A DNA stretch of 64,000 bases from Eledone cirrhosa (GCA_964016885.1 OZ024753.1:41292001-41356000), one strand, 5' to 3'. Positions 40,882 through 57,067 are shown, counted from the first letter of the stretch. Numbers and translations: made by a program. The notes: generated by a model from the sequence alone, not told the origin.

Positions 40882-42556
40882 AGGGTTTTAATAAATCTAT
40901 TAGTAGACCCATATATTCTGCTTCCTCGATTGAGAAATATTACTTCCATTTCTGTGTTCAGTCATTTTTTGTAATCATTAACCTTAATTTGGAGTTAACT
41001 GAATCAGTTTTTTAAAACTTTGCACCAATAATACTTTAGCGTTTGCTGTATTATCTATAACTTTAAGAAGTATTTCATATTTGCTTTATATGGTGGTGTT
41101 AAAATACAGCGGTGTAAATCCAGTTCTCGAAGGACTCTAGTACCAGGTGGCTTTACACTATTACGTCTGTTAGTTATGTGTTCTGTGTTGAGTCACTTAG
41201 CTAAAAGAATAATTATCTTATTCTAATATGTATAAAAACGTTATTCATTTTCTTGTTCTTGTTTTGTAAAACATAAACCATCTTATCTTATACGAAAATG
41301 TTCCGCTTATCTGCACACGAGTTACGAGATATATATCTTTTATTGGCTTAAACAAAGTTATTGTAGCAAATTGAGTTCGCTGTATAACACGTAGTAGTTT
41401 GAATTAAATTACCGTAAAATGTCGTAGGAGTTTATAGAACGTATTGTTCATCGGTTGGCCATATGTTTCACTATATAAGACGCACTTCCATCTTACTGAA
41501 AAATCGACATCACGAGGGTGACTGGGCTGTTGGGCTGGGGTGGTGGAGGAATTTGGTTTGAAAGAAGTGGTGGGAGCAATGGAAGATAGAGTGGGAGATA
41601 GAGTCGTAGTGACACTACTGTCGGGACATATGGTGTGGTTTGGAGGTGCATTTTAACCCGGTTTCAACGCAGCTGACTTCGATCGATCGAGAGAGAGAGC
41701 GAGAGAGAAAGAGAGAAAGAGAGAAAGAAAGAAAGAAAGACTTTGGCCCCAGTACTAGATTGGTAATTTATTTATTGACTTCGAAATGTTAAAAGGCAAA
41801 GTTGACCGTGGCAGGATTTGAACCCAAAGCCTACAAGCATCATTTCTAATGTCTATGTCAACTTACTGTCCACCTTTAACACAGACATACAAAATACGTT
41901 TGTAAATGTAGATGTATGACTACGACGTATTCCAAGTAGATTTATTTCGCACATCACTTGTTTGATATCGATCTACCTCTGTTCTCTAGATAACAGTCGA
42001 ATACACTCGATCACACCTTATATACAAATACATTAATATATTATACCTTTTTACTGCACTTTGGGGATTTTCCTATGTAAATATAATTTCACGCCATTAT
42101 TATCGACATGTATTTGTATATATGTTTGCCATGTAGTTCGAAAGCAATCTTTCGTTCCGGAGTAAATTCATTTAATTTCTATTATCCCAATAAAGCCTTG
42201 ATAAACATCATACACATATGACGTCGCTCATATTCATTTTAGTCGCCATTAAAATTGGAGCTCAGTGTCTTTGTCAACACAAACTAAATATTAGCTATAT
42301 ATATATATATTTTTTACTTTTACCTTTAAAATATAATTCAATATATTTGCTTACCTGCATGGATATTATAATTATTGTTAGAAGCTTGCACATGATGCGT
42401 TGCATGCCTTTTCTTTTATACATACACGCTGGAAGAATAGAAAAGAAACATTATTTAATGTGACATAAAGACAATATTAAAATATTAATCATTACATGAG
42501 ATAAAACACATCCTTTTACGAGTATTATGTTAATCCTATATATACATAACATATAA

Positions 42557-42590
<34 letters not shown>

Positions 42591-42883
42591 ATATATATAT
42601 ATGCGTGTGTGTGTATTTATATATATAAATATCTATATATGTATATATATATATTTATATATATGTATATATATATTTATTTATTTATATATATATACTT
42701 ATATATTTATATACATATTTATATATATATACATATATATTTATATGCATACATATATATATATACATATATATATATACATATATATATATATACATAT
42801 ATATATGTATATATACATATATATATAAACATATATATATGTATATATACATATATATATATACATATATATATATACATATA

Positions 42884-42929
<46 letters not shown>

Positions 42930-43141
42930 TATATGTATATATACATATGTATATATACATATGTATATATACTTATATATATATATATATATATACATAC
43001 ATATATATATATACATACATATATATATATATACATACATATATATATATATACATATATATATATACATACATATATATATATACATATATATATGTAT
43101 ATATACATATATATATGTATATATACATATGTATATATACT

Positions 43142-43191
<50 letters not shown>

Positions 43192-43401
43192 TATATCCTA
43201 TTGTCCTGTCACCGGATTAGTCCGACTACAATCATAATTGCATGAGAAACATAAATGATTGAATGATCCTGTCAACAGTGTAGTGGGACAGCAATCGATT
43301 AATCGATAGAGCAATGGCTGAAAGAAAGTCAACAACACTTAAATATCATTGGTCCTCGCCAATATAATCCATTTTCCAATGGTAATATCTATATAGCTTT
43401 A

Positions 43402-43642
43402 GACAAGGGCTGACCAAGATACTCTCATGAAACGACCAAATGAGGTTAATATTTTTCAACATAGTCCCTGGAAAGAAACAATGCAGTTGTTAATAAGTAG
43501 AGTTGAAGCTGACATGCATTAATTTCAATTCTTACTAATATCTAAAGTGTTTCTTTCCAGGGACTATGTTAAAAAATTAAACCTCATTTGGTCTTTCTAG
43601 ATTATCTTGGTCAGCCTATGAACCTTTCAGCTGACCCTTGTC
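43402..43642. mobile_element. Mariner-derived MITE-like inverted repeat
   Basis: gacaaggg-ctgaccaagata...aacatagtccctggaaagaaaca / tgtttctttccagggactatgtt...tatcttggtcagcc...cccttgtc. Confidence 0.7.
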
Positions 43643-45439
43643 AGTGACTTGATTGAACTTGTTAATCTAACATTGGACATTTTCACATAATTCTGTCCAC
43701 TAGCGAAAATACCATAAACATTTGAATTGACAAACCACATGAAACAGCATTAGCAAGATATTCTTGAAAAGTACAAAACCACTCTATTACTGCCTCAAAT
43801 TAAAAATTGTCTTTTTTCTAATACTGCAAATATTGACAAGAATCTGTTAACGTACAGATAATATAAGAGAGACAGTCGATGGACTTTTGTCAAATCGGAC
43901 CGAGGAAACAATGTTTCGGTTGGTCTTTCCCATTGCTAATACTCTCTATCGGTCGCAACTCCAGGTAGAAGGAGCAACGTGAAATAAAGTGTCTTGGTCA
44001 ATGACATAACGCATCGCTCGTTCCAGGAATCGAACTCACAACCTCACTATTTTGAATCCAATTCTCTTACCACTCAGCCACACGCCTTCACATAATATAA
44101 ATATTTGATTTAACAAAACTATTTGAGACATTTTCTACTAAATCATTAGAAGATGTGATGAGTTTAAAGATAATAACACTCAATCTAGAAATATCTCTTA
44201 AAATATACGCTTCAACTTCATTGCGTTTGAGAATCACCATCACAACGAATGGCGGGAAATCTGTAAATGAAATTAACTTTGTATACAACGAGCAAATTAA
44301 TTAATGAGGTATTTCACTGATTATCTGAAACTTATCGTATTTTAATTGCATGTTATTGTAAGCATTAGGGTATTCTATAAAATAGAAATTTCCGGTTTTC
44401 AGAAACGTTCTGATATATGAATAGTTTGCGAGGCCTGTTATAGGATTAAATAATTAGTTTAATTGATGTTAGATAATTAATTACATTGATTACGTAAGTA
44501 GATAAGTAATTGTCCTCTTTTCTTGATGGTTTCATTTACAGATGTAACGAAAATACATTTTTCTTTCCTTGTACAAGTTTACTGTTTTCTAAGATGTACC
44601 TTTGTGGGTTTAATATTATCAGATCGATGAGAGGAGGTGGATTAGCAGTATCGGTAGAGCGTCGAACAACATGATTTGCGGCATTTAGTTGTGTTCCTTT
44701 ACGTTCTGAGTTCAAATCCTGTCGAAGTCAATTTTGCCTTTCATCCTTTATAGGTTTATAATGTACCAGTTAAATGTGAGGAGTGTCATTCTTTCTCTAT
44801 AAATCTTTTACATAGAAATAGGGGCAGTCATCTATCTATAGCAGATAAATTGGTAGATGACAATATATTATTATTATTTCAACCTAAAAAAGGTCGGACA
44901 CCATGCTTTGCAGCATAGAGTTACGGTCCTTTATGATCTGAGTTCAAATCCCGCCGAGGTTAACTTTGCCTTTCATCCTTACGGGGTCGATAAAATAAAG
45001 TACCAGTAATGCACTGGGGTCAAATCAATGGACCCCCCCCCCCCCCGCCACTCCACCACGACGACTCCAACAGAAGTCAAGGAACTAACGATAGATATGG
45101 GAATAATATTTGACAGGGATTTTTTCCCGTTTCCCCTTTTCCAAAAAAGCAACGAATAACTTTTGAAAACATTTTGTAAATTTACTTAAGATAAATAATA
45201 AAAAAAAAACCATTGCAATAATATTTCTCCGTTAAAGACATTTCTAATGTCGTTGGCACTAAAGATTATTATATATTGAGGAATGATAAGCCCACTACCA
45301 ACCACTTTATCATTACATTAGTATCGATTTCTGATATATTCACATTTACATAAAACAGTGTAAATAACTTTACATAAATATTTTAACTCACTTGAAAATT
45401 TCAACACGCACACGCATGCACGTATCCATACACGCGTGC

Positions 45440-45492
<53 letters not shown>

Positions 45493-45571
45493 TATATGTG
45501 TGTGTATGTATGTATGTATTTATATATATGTAAATTTATATGAATATATATATGTATATGTACACAAATGC

Positions 45572-45630
<59 letters not shown>

Positions 45631-45650
45631 TGTATATTTGTATATACGTG

Positions 45651-45686
<36 letters not shown>

Positions 45687-46090
45687 TGTACATATATATG
45701 TATATATGTTTGTGTGAGTATGTGAGTATGTAATTTCATTCACACGCACATACATATCTTCCCTCGCTCACATACATATAAGCATATATCTTTTATCTGT
45801 GAAATATATATTTCATCTTAGCACTTATTTCGTCGTTGTTTTTGTGTACGTGTGTTTTTTTACAAACGTATAAAGAAAGTAAATAGTTACCTACGAGAGA
45901 AGGAAAAATTATTTAGATGTATATTAATTCGTTTAAAAATATTTCTAACTTCCTCACTCTTGACAGTAAAGTTTATTTAATGATAGCCATCAATATACTA
46001 TACAGTTGTAAAAAGCAAATGGCGTCAGTTATTATTCTATATACTTTCTACAACTGCCTGCTCTATATTTTAAAATATGTTTTGAATATA

Positions 46091-46131
<41 letters not shown>

Positions 46132-47126
46132 CGAAGGAAATGTGGTAAGGGACCAGATGGACCATAACGCACCAAAGTACTCAATACTTAGGGTAGTAGA
46201 GTGGGTAATAGGAACAAGTATGACCCGACGGCAGAGCTCAAGCCGTTTCGACGGCTATTTCTGTCTGGACTCTGAGTCCAGAATTAGCCGTCGAAACGGC
46301 TTGAGCTCTGTCGTCGGGATCATACTTGTTCCTATATATATATATATATATATAGCAGAGTTAGTATTCTAAAATAACATTCTTGCTCAAAAATTTGTTT
46401 TTCTTCTTTATAACATATTCCATATACGAAAATCAATAGGATTTATATTTTACATTGTACATGATGTTCTATTTTAAAGTGTTCTCTGACAGACAATATA
46501 TTGAGAATTATTGGCAGCAAATATGCCATTCCATTTCTCAGCTTTGTGTCAAAGTTTTCAATATTTCTTCTGTTTTTTCCTCTTTTAATCTACGGCAAAA
46601 GGCCAGATAGCATGACAATTTTCTCGTACCATTGTGTTAGACCCCATCATCTGGGATGTTACGTATTGTAACACTATCTGACGGTCACACTTCCAGGCAG
46701 ATGGAGACGGGATATGAACTCAAAACGCACAGAGCCATATCAGACTCTTTAGTAATTCTGCTAATCCATCTCTCATTCAAACTGTACATAACAAAAGATA
46801 AAGATATATGAATGTATGAAAGGCAAAGTTGATCTTCGCTGGATTTGAACTCAGACCGCAATGATGTAAAATAAATACCGAGGCTTTAATCCATCACCTT
46901 CATATAAGTACATATCAATGACTACGAAAACAAATATACGATAAACCTTTTGTTTTGTTTTCCTCTGCGCAAGAAACCTTTGTCTCATATTTAATTATAT
47001 ATATTTACAGAATATAGAGAGAATTAGAAATGGGAGAGAAAGAAAGAAAGAATAGATATATAAATAAAAAGAAGGGTGAACAAAAGTGGAGGGGGGGGGA
47101 ATTCTATACTTATTGTTGTAAACAAA

Positions 47127-47680
47127 ATAATTGTTTCTACTTTTGGCACAAGGCCAGCAATTAATCCAGTGTATTACTGGTACTTTATTTTATCGACCTT
47201 GTAAGGATGAAAGGCAAAGTTAACCTCGGCGGGATTTGAACTGAGAATGGCAAGGGCCGTAACTCTATGCGACAAAACATGGTGTCCGACCCTCTACCGA
47301 TACTGCCAATTCACCGCCTTGTTGTAGACAAAATAATTGTTTCTACGTTAGGCACAAGGCCAGCAATTACCCAGTGCATTACTGGTACTTTATTTTATCG
47401 ACCCCGTAAGGATGAAAGGCAAAGTCAACCTCGGCGGGATTTGAACTCAGATCGTAAAGGGACGTAACTATGCTAGAAAGCATGGCGTCCGACACTCTAC
47501 CGATACTGCCAAACAAAATAATTGTTTCTACTTTAGGCACAAGGCCAGCAATTACCCAGTGCATTACTGGTACTTTATTTTATCGACCCCGTAGGATGAA
47601 AGGCAAAGTCAACCTCGGCGGGATTTGAACTCAGATCGTAAAGGGACGTAACTATGCTGGAAAGCATGGCGTCCGACCCT
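47127..47680 (-). mobile_element. Head-to-tail trimer of SINE family A
   Basis: Three copies separated and flanked by acaaaataat. Confidence 0.9.
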
Positions 47681-48027
47681 AACAAAATAATGAAAGTATT
47701 ACAGTGGAGGAGATCTAGCGATATAATCTGAATAAACATAACTTCCTTTCTGCGAAAAATATTCTAATATATATTTACATAAACATCAAACTGTAAAATT
47801 ATTTAATCGTAAAAGGATAGTTTTAATGATAAATGAAAAATTGTATGTTATTATAGATATCATATTAAATATTCATGTAAATATATTGAATATTGATAAA
47901 TATATGATTCAACTAACAATCTACTGTATCATATGGGCACCTTATATATATATAGAGAGAGAGAGAGAAATATAGATATATGTGTGTGTGTGTGTTTATA
48001 TGTATGTATGTATAACCATGTCCATTA

Positions 48028-48065
48028 CGAGCTGAGGATCCGCTAAGGTGAAACAATTGTTCTCG
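48028..48065 (+). ncRNA. Minimal type I hammerhead motif (same family as 10688)
   Basis: cgag CTGAGGA tcc-gctaa-ggt GAAA caattg TT ctcg, with an accat/atggt extension of stem I. Confidence 0.8.
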
Positions 48066-48167
48066 GTATGGTGAACTAACTGTTGTGTAACCACTTCTAT
48101 ATATATATATATATATATATAAATGTATATGCTTCTATATATAAATGCCTATTCTTATATATATTTA

Positions 48168-48203
<36 letters not shown>

Positions 48204-48246
48204 TCAATATATTAATAAATGGAAACTATATTTATAAAACCATAAT

Positions 48247-48312
48247 TATTTTATTATATATATTTCAAGGGCAACCAAGGCAAATTTTGGTGCGCTTTCA
48301 TCAGATAAAATA
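48247..48312 (-). ncRNA. Type I hammerhead motif (24-kb family)
   Basis: Minus strand: tattttat CTGATGA aagcgcacca...tggttgccctt GAAA tatata TA ataaaata. Confidence 0.78.
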
Positions 48313-48638
48313 CAAATTTGTTTTATAAATATTGACATACCTGCATAAAGATAACCTTAACGGTTGAGGTTTGCTGGATATTAATATACTGAATATTTAC
48401 TCCACTAACTTGGTGAGTGCTTTATATCAGTTATAAAAATGTTTAAGCTTGTTGAATCCCAACAAATTAAATATAACCTCTGCATATATATATATATATA
48501 TATATATACCTCAACCTCATTTGCATACTCATCTTAGTAATTTGAAATATCTGACTTTTCTTCTCTTTTCCCTTCACTAACCAAGAAAAACATGAACCGT
48601 TAAGGTATCTTTTCTTGGTTATGTCAAAACAAACTTTG

Positions 48639-48699
48639 TATTTTATCTGATGAAAGTGTACCAAAGTTTTGGTACCCTTGAAATATATATAATAGAATA
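48639..48699 (+). ncRNA. Type I hammerhead motif (24-kb family)
   Basis: tattttat CTGATGA aagtgtacca...tggtaccctt GAAA tatata TA atagaata. Confidence 0.8.
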
Positions 48700-48835
48700 A
48701 ATATGGTTATATAAATATAGTTTCCATTTATTAAATATCATTGAATATTATACTCCAGAAAATCTGTTGAGTGCTCTGAATCAGTTATAAACATTTATAT
48801 TTGTTGAATTACCAACAAATCGAATATCTCCTTTG

Positions 48836-48914
<79 letters not shown>

Positions 48915-49724
48915 AAAGCGGCTATGTTCAGACGAGGAGAAGGGAATGGGCTTCGGTATGTTCAAAATGTTAAAGAAACACCATGAGTCATTACGATGCT
49001 CCTGCGATTCTATTGCTTAGTTACGAGTCCATATATATGATATATTACACATAATTATATTGTATTGTTTATGTAATATTTATGATAAATTTATTACACA
49101 AATATATCTTATACGGGTTTACATACATCTTTATTCTTATCCACACTGGGCTAGTACTACTGCTGCTTACTCTAATCTTTATGATAGATACGTTACATAA
49201 TTATATTGTATTCTGTTTCACATACATCTTTATTCTAAAGCACGCTGTGTTAGTGCTACATCCGATTACTATAATATTTATGATAAATATAATAGATTAT
49301 TAATTCTATGGCAGTAATTCGTGTGTCGACCAACTGTTATTAAACAAATTAATATTTATAAGTTAAGTGATGAGAATAGCTAATTAATTACGATAATGAA
49401 GTGAAGGTTTTAAATTAAATTATGTCTAATAGGCCATGCCATAAGCTCAAAATGTTAAATTTGACATAATGATTATTAAAGCCGAGAAACTAAACTTGTG
49501 TAAGTTCATCCCACCACATACATATACATATATAGATACATGCACATACACACAAACATATACACACATGTATACGTGTATGTGTAGTTGTATTGTGTGT
49601 AGGTGTTTGTTTGAATTTATATATATATATATATATATTAATACTCATACTCACACATACACCTACATAAAATATCCTTATCAATATGTACACATATGTT
49701 TGAATATATATATATATATATAAT

Positions 49725-49906
<182 letters not shown>

Positions 49907-50108
49907 TATAGGAACCAGTAAGACCCCGACGGCTGAGCTCAAGCCGTTTCGACGGCTAATTCTGGAATTAGCCGTCGAAACGACCATCGAAACGGCTTGA
50001 GCTCAGCCATCGGGGTCTTACTGGTTCCTATTACCCACTCTACTACCCTAAGTATTGAGTACTTTGGTGCGTTATGGTCCACCTGGTTCCTTACCACATT
50101 TCCTTCGT

Positions 50109-50217
<109 letters not shown>

Positions 50218-51647
50218 CGAAGGAGTTGTGGTAAGGAACCAGGTGGACCATAACGCACCAAAGTACTCAATACTTAGGGTAGTAGAGTGGGTAATAGCAA
50301 AAGAGTCAGGACCCCGACGGCTGAACTGTCGAAACGGCCGGAGCTCAGCCGTCGGGGACCTGAATCTTTTCCTATATATATATATATTTCGTTTCTGAAT
50401 TCGTTTAGCAAGATTCTTTATCTGAAATCGTGTGTTGAAACCGATATTGTTATACTTTGGGAGGGTCATGTTGCCAATAAGAAACACACGCGTGTGTTTC
50501 TTATTGGCAACATGACCCTCCCAAAGTATAACAATATATATATATATATATACAGTAATAAGTCTGTCTGTATGTTGTGTGTGCGTGCGTATGTGTGTGT
50601 GTGTTTGTATTAATCATTTTACTAATACTTTAGGCAGACTATTATTTCAAACATTTAACATACGCGATACTCTTTCCTATGTACGCATATCTATATATTT
50701 ATATACACATATACACGCACGCACGCACACATATATAGCTGTGTATATATACACACAAGCTCTGAGCTCAAATTTTGCCGAGGTCAACTTTGCCTCTCAT
50801 TATTTTTGAGTCGGTACTGCCGATCAACTGCCCTGATTCCTGGATTAATAATTGTTTCTACTTTTAGCACAAGGCCAGCAATTAAATCAGTGTATTACTG
50901 GTACTTTATTTTATCGACCTCGTAAGGATGAAAGGCAAAGTTGACCTCGGCGGGATTTGAACTCAGAATGGCAAGGGCCGTAACTCTATGCGTCAAAGCA
51001 TGGTGTCCGACCCACTACTGATAATGCCAATCCATTTTTTTTTAATAGTATTCACAGATCACAGTTTTCAGTAACGTTTCAAAGCTTAGAACACTAATTC
51101 CTTTCCCTTTTATGTAAACGCTAGGGTATTTATGCCAAGACAGAATGGAACCAATATTTGATGGCTACTACAATGTTATCGATTGTTAAAGAATATTTCC
51201 TTGCAAGTCCAGTCTGTGATGCGTTTTAAATTTCCGAAGAAAATCAATTCCCTTTATATTAGGTGAATATAACAGCACCCCACACTTATTTATTCTCCTA
51301 ACTTATAATTTGGCGACGATGAATTTTAAATAACTAAGCAATAATTTAAATATTATTACTATAAGGACCTACAGTTAGCTTGCCTTACATTGACATCAAA
51401 CTGTACAGTGTGAAGAACCTAGAAGCTATATTTCATCTTAGTTGCAATGTTCAATACTTGAAATGATTGATTTTTAGCAAGTATTAAGTAGAATTCAGTG
51501 TACATCAAGCGCATGTTGTCGTAAGCCTATTACAATCAAACTAAACACACACAGATCAATACTACAGCTGTTAAAGGTTATAAACTCCCTCTCTCTCACA
51601 CATGCACATACACAGGTACACACACACTCTTACACACACACACAGAC

Positions 51648-51680
<33 letters not shown>

Positions 51681-53558
51681 AGAGAGAGACAGAGAGAGAG
51701 GGAGACAGAGAGGGGAGTGAGAGAAAGAGAGACTTGAGAAAGAGATATTGCAAATGGATTGATCTCAATATTGAACTCGTACTTTATTTATCGACCTCAA
51801 ATGAATGAAAGGCAAAGTTGACCAAGATGGGATTCGATCTCAAAGCGCAGAGTTGAACAAATACAGCAAAGCATTCTATCTTTTGTTCTTACAACTCTGC
51901 AGCTTCATTACCGCATTCAGAACATAAATTAGACAAGAGAAAAATACGTGGTCTCGTGAAGTTCTTGCATTTCCCATGTACCAACAAGAATAACTGAAAT
52001 CTGTTTAAGTTTGCCTCAAATGTAAATTCTTTACTTTACGGCATGGAGAATCGATCATTTTCTTTGAGGCATTGAGCATATGAAATCTGAGACTTTCTGA
52101 GAGAAAATATACAAAACAGTGTGTCGTTCATGGTTTTTCTTTATCGGAGGAATTGGCAACAAATATGAAGTTGTCAACTGCATAAATCCAGTAATTGAAG
52201 ATATATGATGAAATCGATACTCAGGAAGCTTAGATACGCTCTACATCAATTATCCCAGAATGATATGCATACCGATTCTGTTCTTGTTGGGGTTCTACAA
52301 GGACTGATACGCTATCAGATTACATAACAATTAAAATGATTCCATATCATAGTATCATTGCAATTAACCTCGCTAATCATATTGTACTCTTAATCAGATA
52401 AATAATTCATATAGCATTTATCCAGTCTAAAACTATGTAAAACCTACCTCTTATAATATATTTACGTGAATTAAAAGCCGAACTAAATCTTATATAGACG
52501 TTCAAGTATGAAAGTCGTTTAAGTATATAATTTTCTGAACAACATATCTGCCAGATCAAGGAGTTTCTCCAGGTAGAGTTGCTACTTCTCCGAATTGAGT
52601 GATCAGAGTCCCGATACTATGGATATGTAGTCAGAATGTCTAATCGCTGAACAGATTTAATGGCCAAAAAACCAACTGGCTGGAGACCCAGGAACAGACC
52701 AGGAGCAAGAAGGTTGGATAACAACCATGAGCTCGGCTAGTACTTTATTTTATCGACCCCGTGAGGATGAAAGACAAAGCTAACCTCGGCTGGATTTGAA
52801 CTCAGAACGTAAAGCGCCGTAACTCTATGCTAACTGCTGTATTAGAATAAATATTTTTAACATACTCTATGAAGATAACATTAATAGGCCGGAAAATCCA
52901 AATGTTAATAACAACACACTTCAGATAATTAAAAGTATGAGAATATTTTGTCCTGATATATTTTTTGTCGGTCGCACCTATTGACTCTATCTCTAGCTGT
53001 ATGTTGATGCCTGCACCCTTTTTTTTTTAAACTGGGAACTTACCATCTCTGACGCACTAAATAAATATAGTTTCCCCTTTCTTGAAAGTACTGACGTCAT
53101 CAAAGGAAGAGAGGCTAGTCATCTATATCTGGAGGAAAACTCCATTATATCCAGATTCAATGTAAACATCCGTATCTACAGGGATACATATGTAAATATC
53201 ATCGGTTAGGTTTTTATCAGCAGGTCTTATATCTAGACAGTTTGGGTCCCTTAACTCTATGGGTATTTCTTCCAGAAAAATACAGAGAGATCAAGAGAAT
53301 GAGAAAGAACATAATAAAGAGCCCTCGAAGGGATTTGATCTCAGAGCGCAGAAGGACGTAACACAAAGTATTCTATTCAACGTCCTAATCACTCTATGGC
53401 AACATTAGTAATATTCAATATGGTTTATTGAAACTGTTGATTCTATCCTTATTGATTTGTTTCTACTGTAGAATCTTCATTGACATCTAATTATCCTCTC
53501 GGCTGGGATTCTAAAAACGCTTCTATCCAGCATTTTTTTTTTTTTTTATTGTGGAATT

Positions 53559-53750
53559 AATAATTGTTTCTACGTTAGGCACAAGGCCAGCAAATACCCA
53601 GTGTATTACTGGTACTTTATTTTATCGACCCCGTAAGGAGAAAGGCAAAGTTAACTTCGGCGGGATTTGAACTCAGAATGGCAAGGGCCGTAACTCTATG
53701 CGCCAAAGCATGGCATCCGACACTCTACCAATACTGCCAATCCACCGCCC
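53559..53750 (-). mobile_element. SINE family A with TSD
   Basis: 15-bp TSD tgtggaattaataat (53550-53564 / 53751-53765). Confidence 0.9.
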
Positions 53751-54473
53751 TGTGGAATTAATAATGATTTCTAGTATAGGCACAAGGCCAGTAATTTGGG
53801 GGCAGGGGAAAGGCGATTAAGGCAGTGCTCCAGCATGACCACAGTAAAGGAATAGTAGGAAACGTTATTTATAGGTTGCTAAAAAGGATAGGAAATATGT
53901 CTTAACTTCTAATGGAACCGTAGAGATGCCGACCTGAGACAGGGTACGTCTTGGGCATTTTATCCCTAATGGAGGCCGTTCCTCTCCAGGTTACAACACA
54001 GACGATAATTTTCAGAGAGACGGAGTGAGAGAGAGAGAGAAGGAGAGAGAGAGAGTGTGAGAGGGAGAGAGACAGACAGGTAGAGAGAGAGAGAGAGGCG
54101 ATGGAGAGACGGGGGTAGAGAGGGTGTAAATCGATATTAGTACTTACTGCTACTTTATTTGTCGACATCAAATGGATGTAAAACAAAGCTCTCGTCGGGT
54201 TGACTTGATTGAGGTCCCATAAACCAGAACATTCACCAAAACCTATTCTATCGGACGTTCTAATAACTCCGTGAATATGTCACATTGCTTTAACTATTGT
54301 AAAGTTAAGTTGTCAAATCAAATTACCAGGAAGTATATCTTTTAGATTTAAACAAGGATTCCATTGAACTACAAAACAACTTGTAGCTTCACCCATCCCA
54401 ACTTGGTGTCTAATTGGTGATAAAATGGAACAAAGGGAAGTGATGAACAAATATAGTATTTATTGGAATGTTG

Positions 54474-54572
<99 letters not shown>

Positions 54573-54681
54573 TGTATGTGTATATGTATGTATATGTATA
54601 TATATATATACGTATATATATATATATATACGTATATATATATATGTGTGTGTGTGTGCGTATGAATATGTGTATATATAC

Positions 54682-54729
<48 letters not shown>

Positions 54730-54806
54730 TTACACACAAATGTATATATATATATATGCGTGTGTGTGTGTGTTAATGAATGTGTGTGTGTATATATATA
54801 TCCGTG

Positions 54807-54853
<47 letters not shown>

Positions 54854-54901
54854 GTATATATATATATGTGTGTGTGTGCGTATGAATATGTGTATATATA
54901 C

Positions 54902-54947
<46 letters not shown>

Positions 54948-55016
54948 TTACACACACAAATGTATATATATATGCGTGTGTGTGTGTGTTAATGAATGTG
55001 TGTGTGTATATATGCA

Positions 55017-55104
<88 letters not shown>

Positions 55105-55658
55105 ACAATGCTAACTCTCTTTTTCCATGAACACCTCTTTTGTTTAGCTGCATAAATATCCATTGTAAAATCAAGGTTGATTGTGGGTTTGTTTATAGGT
55201 GTGTATATATGTGTATATGTATGTGTATGAATGTGTGTATGTGTTTATGTATGTGTTTATGTATGTGTATATGTGTGTGCATGCGTGTGTGGTTGCATAT
55301 GTGTGGGCATATATGTCTGCGTTTGTGTGCCTGTACATGTGTGTGTGCGTGTTTTTGCGTGTTTGTGTATATATATATATATATATGTGTGTCTGTGTGT
55401 GTGTGTGTGTGTGTGTTTGAGAGTATGTTTGTGTTTGTGTGTGTGTGTCTATTGTTAGAATGACTTTGAATTGCAGCATTGTTCTATTCGCTGAACCACA
55501 GAAATAAAACCATTGTAGGATTCCTGTTCGGAAGTTCTATGTTATTTATATTTCTCGAGTATTGTTTTAAAATGGCTGCCATTAGTATTAATTACTGTAG
55601 TTCAGTAATTAAGGGATGGTGGAATATAGTTCGATATAGAAGCCTAAACACCGAACAT

Positions 55659-55950
55659 TGGATTGGCAGTATCGGTAGAGGGTCGGACGCCATGCTTTGC
55701 AGCATAGAGTTACGGCCCTTTGTGGTCTGAATTCAAATCCCGTCGAGGTTAACTTTGCCTTTCATCCTTACGGGGTCGATAAAATAAAGTACCAGTAATA
55801 CACTGGTATAATTGCTGGCCTTGAGCCTAAAGTAGAAACAATTATTTAATAATTAAGGGGCGGTGGATTGGCAGTAACGGTAGAGGGTCGGACGCTAAGC
55901 TTTGACGCATAGGCTTTGGCCTTGTGCCAAAAGTAGAAACAATTATTTAA
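55659..55950 (+). mobile_element. SINE family A plus an internally deleted second copy
   Basis: The second copy (about 55857-55950) joins head to tail without the B-box or core. Confidence 0.85.
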
Positions 55951-56189
55951 TTTATCTATGTTGAGCGTGGATTGTTTTATAATTGTGTTATACAGGCAAA
56001 TACTTGAAATAGTTAATTAGTAATATCAAAGATATCTAATATATTGTGAAGTTATAATAGATTACAGGACGTATATGAAAGAAATATGTGGATTGCATGT
56101 AACTTATTTATGTACACTTGTCTTTATCACCAACAAAGAGGTCTGTTAACGAACTCACCAAGAACGTGTATCTAACATTGTGTAGGAAT

Positions 56190-56420
56190 GTTGACATGGC
56201 AGGGTGAGACACGTCACATGACTCCTAGTGAGTGACATGTTAACCAGGTCCTGTATTGGTACCCTCATCTGGAAAGAGGCGAAGAGCGTGTCCCAAGATG
56301 CGGCAGGCAATCAACACAGACTTGAAAAACGTCAACAAAAGTTGGTACGATGTATTGATAGATGTAACTGACCGTGGTCATTGGAGCACTTTGGCTGCCT
56401 CATACATAAAAAAGTACGAG
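56190..56420 (+). mobile_element. RTE-type LINE 3' fragment, decayed
   Basis: VPSSGKRRRACPKMRQAINTDLKNVNKSWYDVLIDVTDRGHWSTL resembles the RTE C-terminus (GKRxRGRP...DL...W...DRxxW). Confidence 0.7.
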
Positions 56421-57005
56421 TCTAATACTGGATCGATTCTTCCTCCATATCCCGTTTCACTTTCTCTCTCACTATTAATCCTTCTCTGGAAGAAATCTAC
56501 TGGAGAGGCGGTAGGCTCCACCAGACTTTAAAATGCCCTAGAAACGACTCGGAGATTTGAACTCAGAGAACAGATATATCGAAACAAATACCGCCAACTA
56601 TCGAACATTCTGGCAACTCAACCAATTCGCTGCCTCTAACTACGTTAGATTCATACTTATAAGGATTCGCCGTTATTCATTCGTTTGCTGCAAACGGGAA
56701 ATTTTCGTAAGCTTATTTCCCTCTAAATTGCTCTCATTAATTATTTGTAAATTGGTCAATTAACTATGTAGTTATCATTTGAATGACATTGCTGCCCCCG
56801 AATTGGTATGTCAGTTGAGTGAATACAATGATTGGTATTTTACGGAAAGTTAGAATATATTTAATGAGGTTAAACAGATGTCATTGTTGTGTAATGTATT
56901 TATCCCCGCTATTCTATTCACACCCAATATACAACGTGAGTCATAAGTAACCGGACAGTCCAATATTTACAGTCAAATGATAATTTGCTAAAATTCTCTC
57001 TCTCT

Positions 57006-57067
<62 letters not shown>

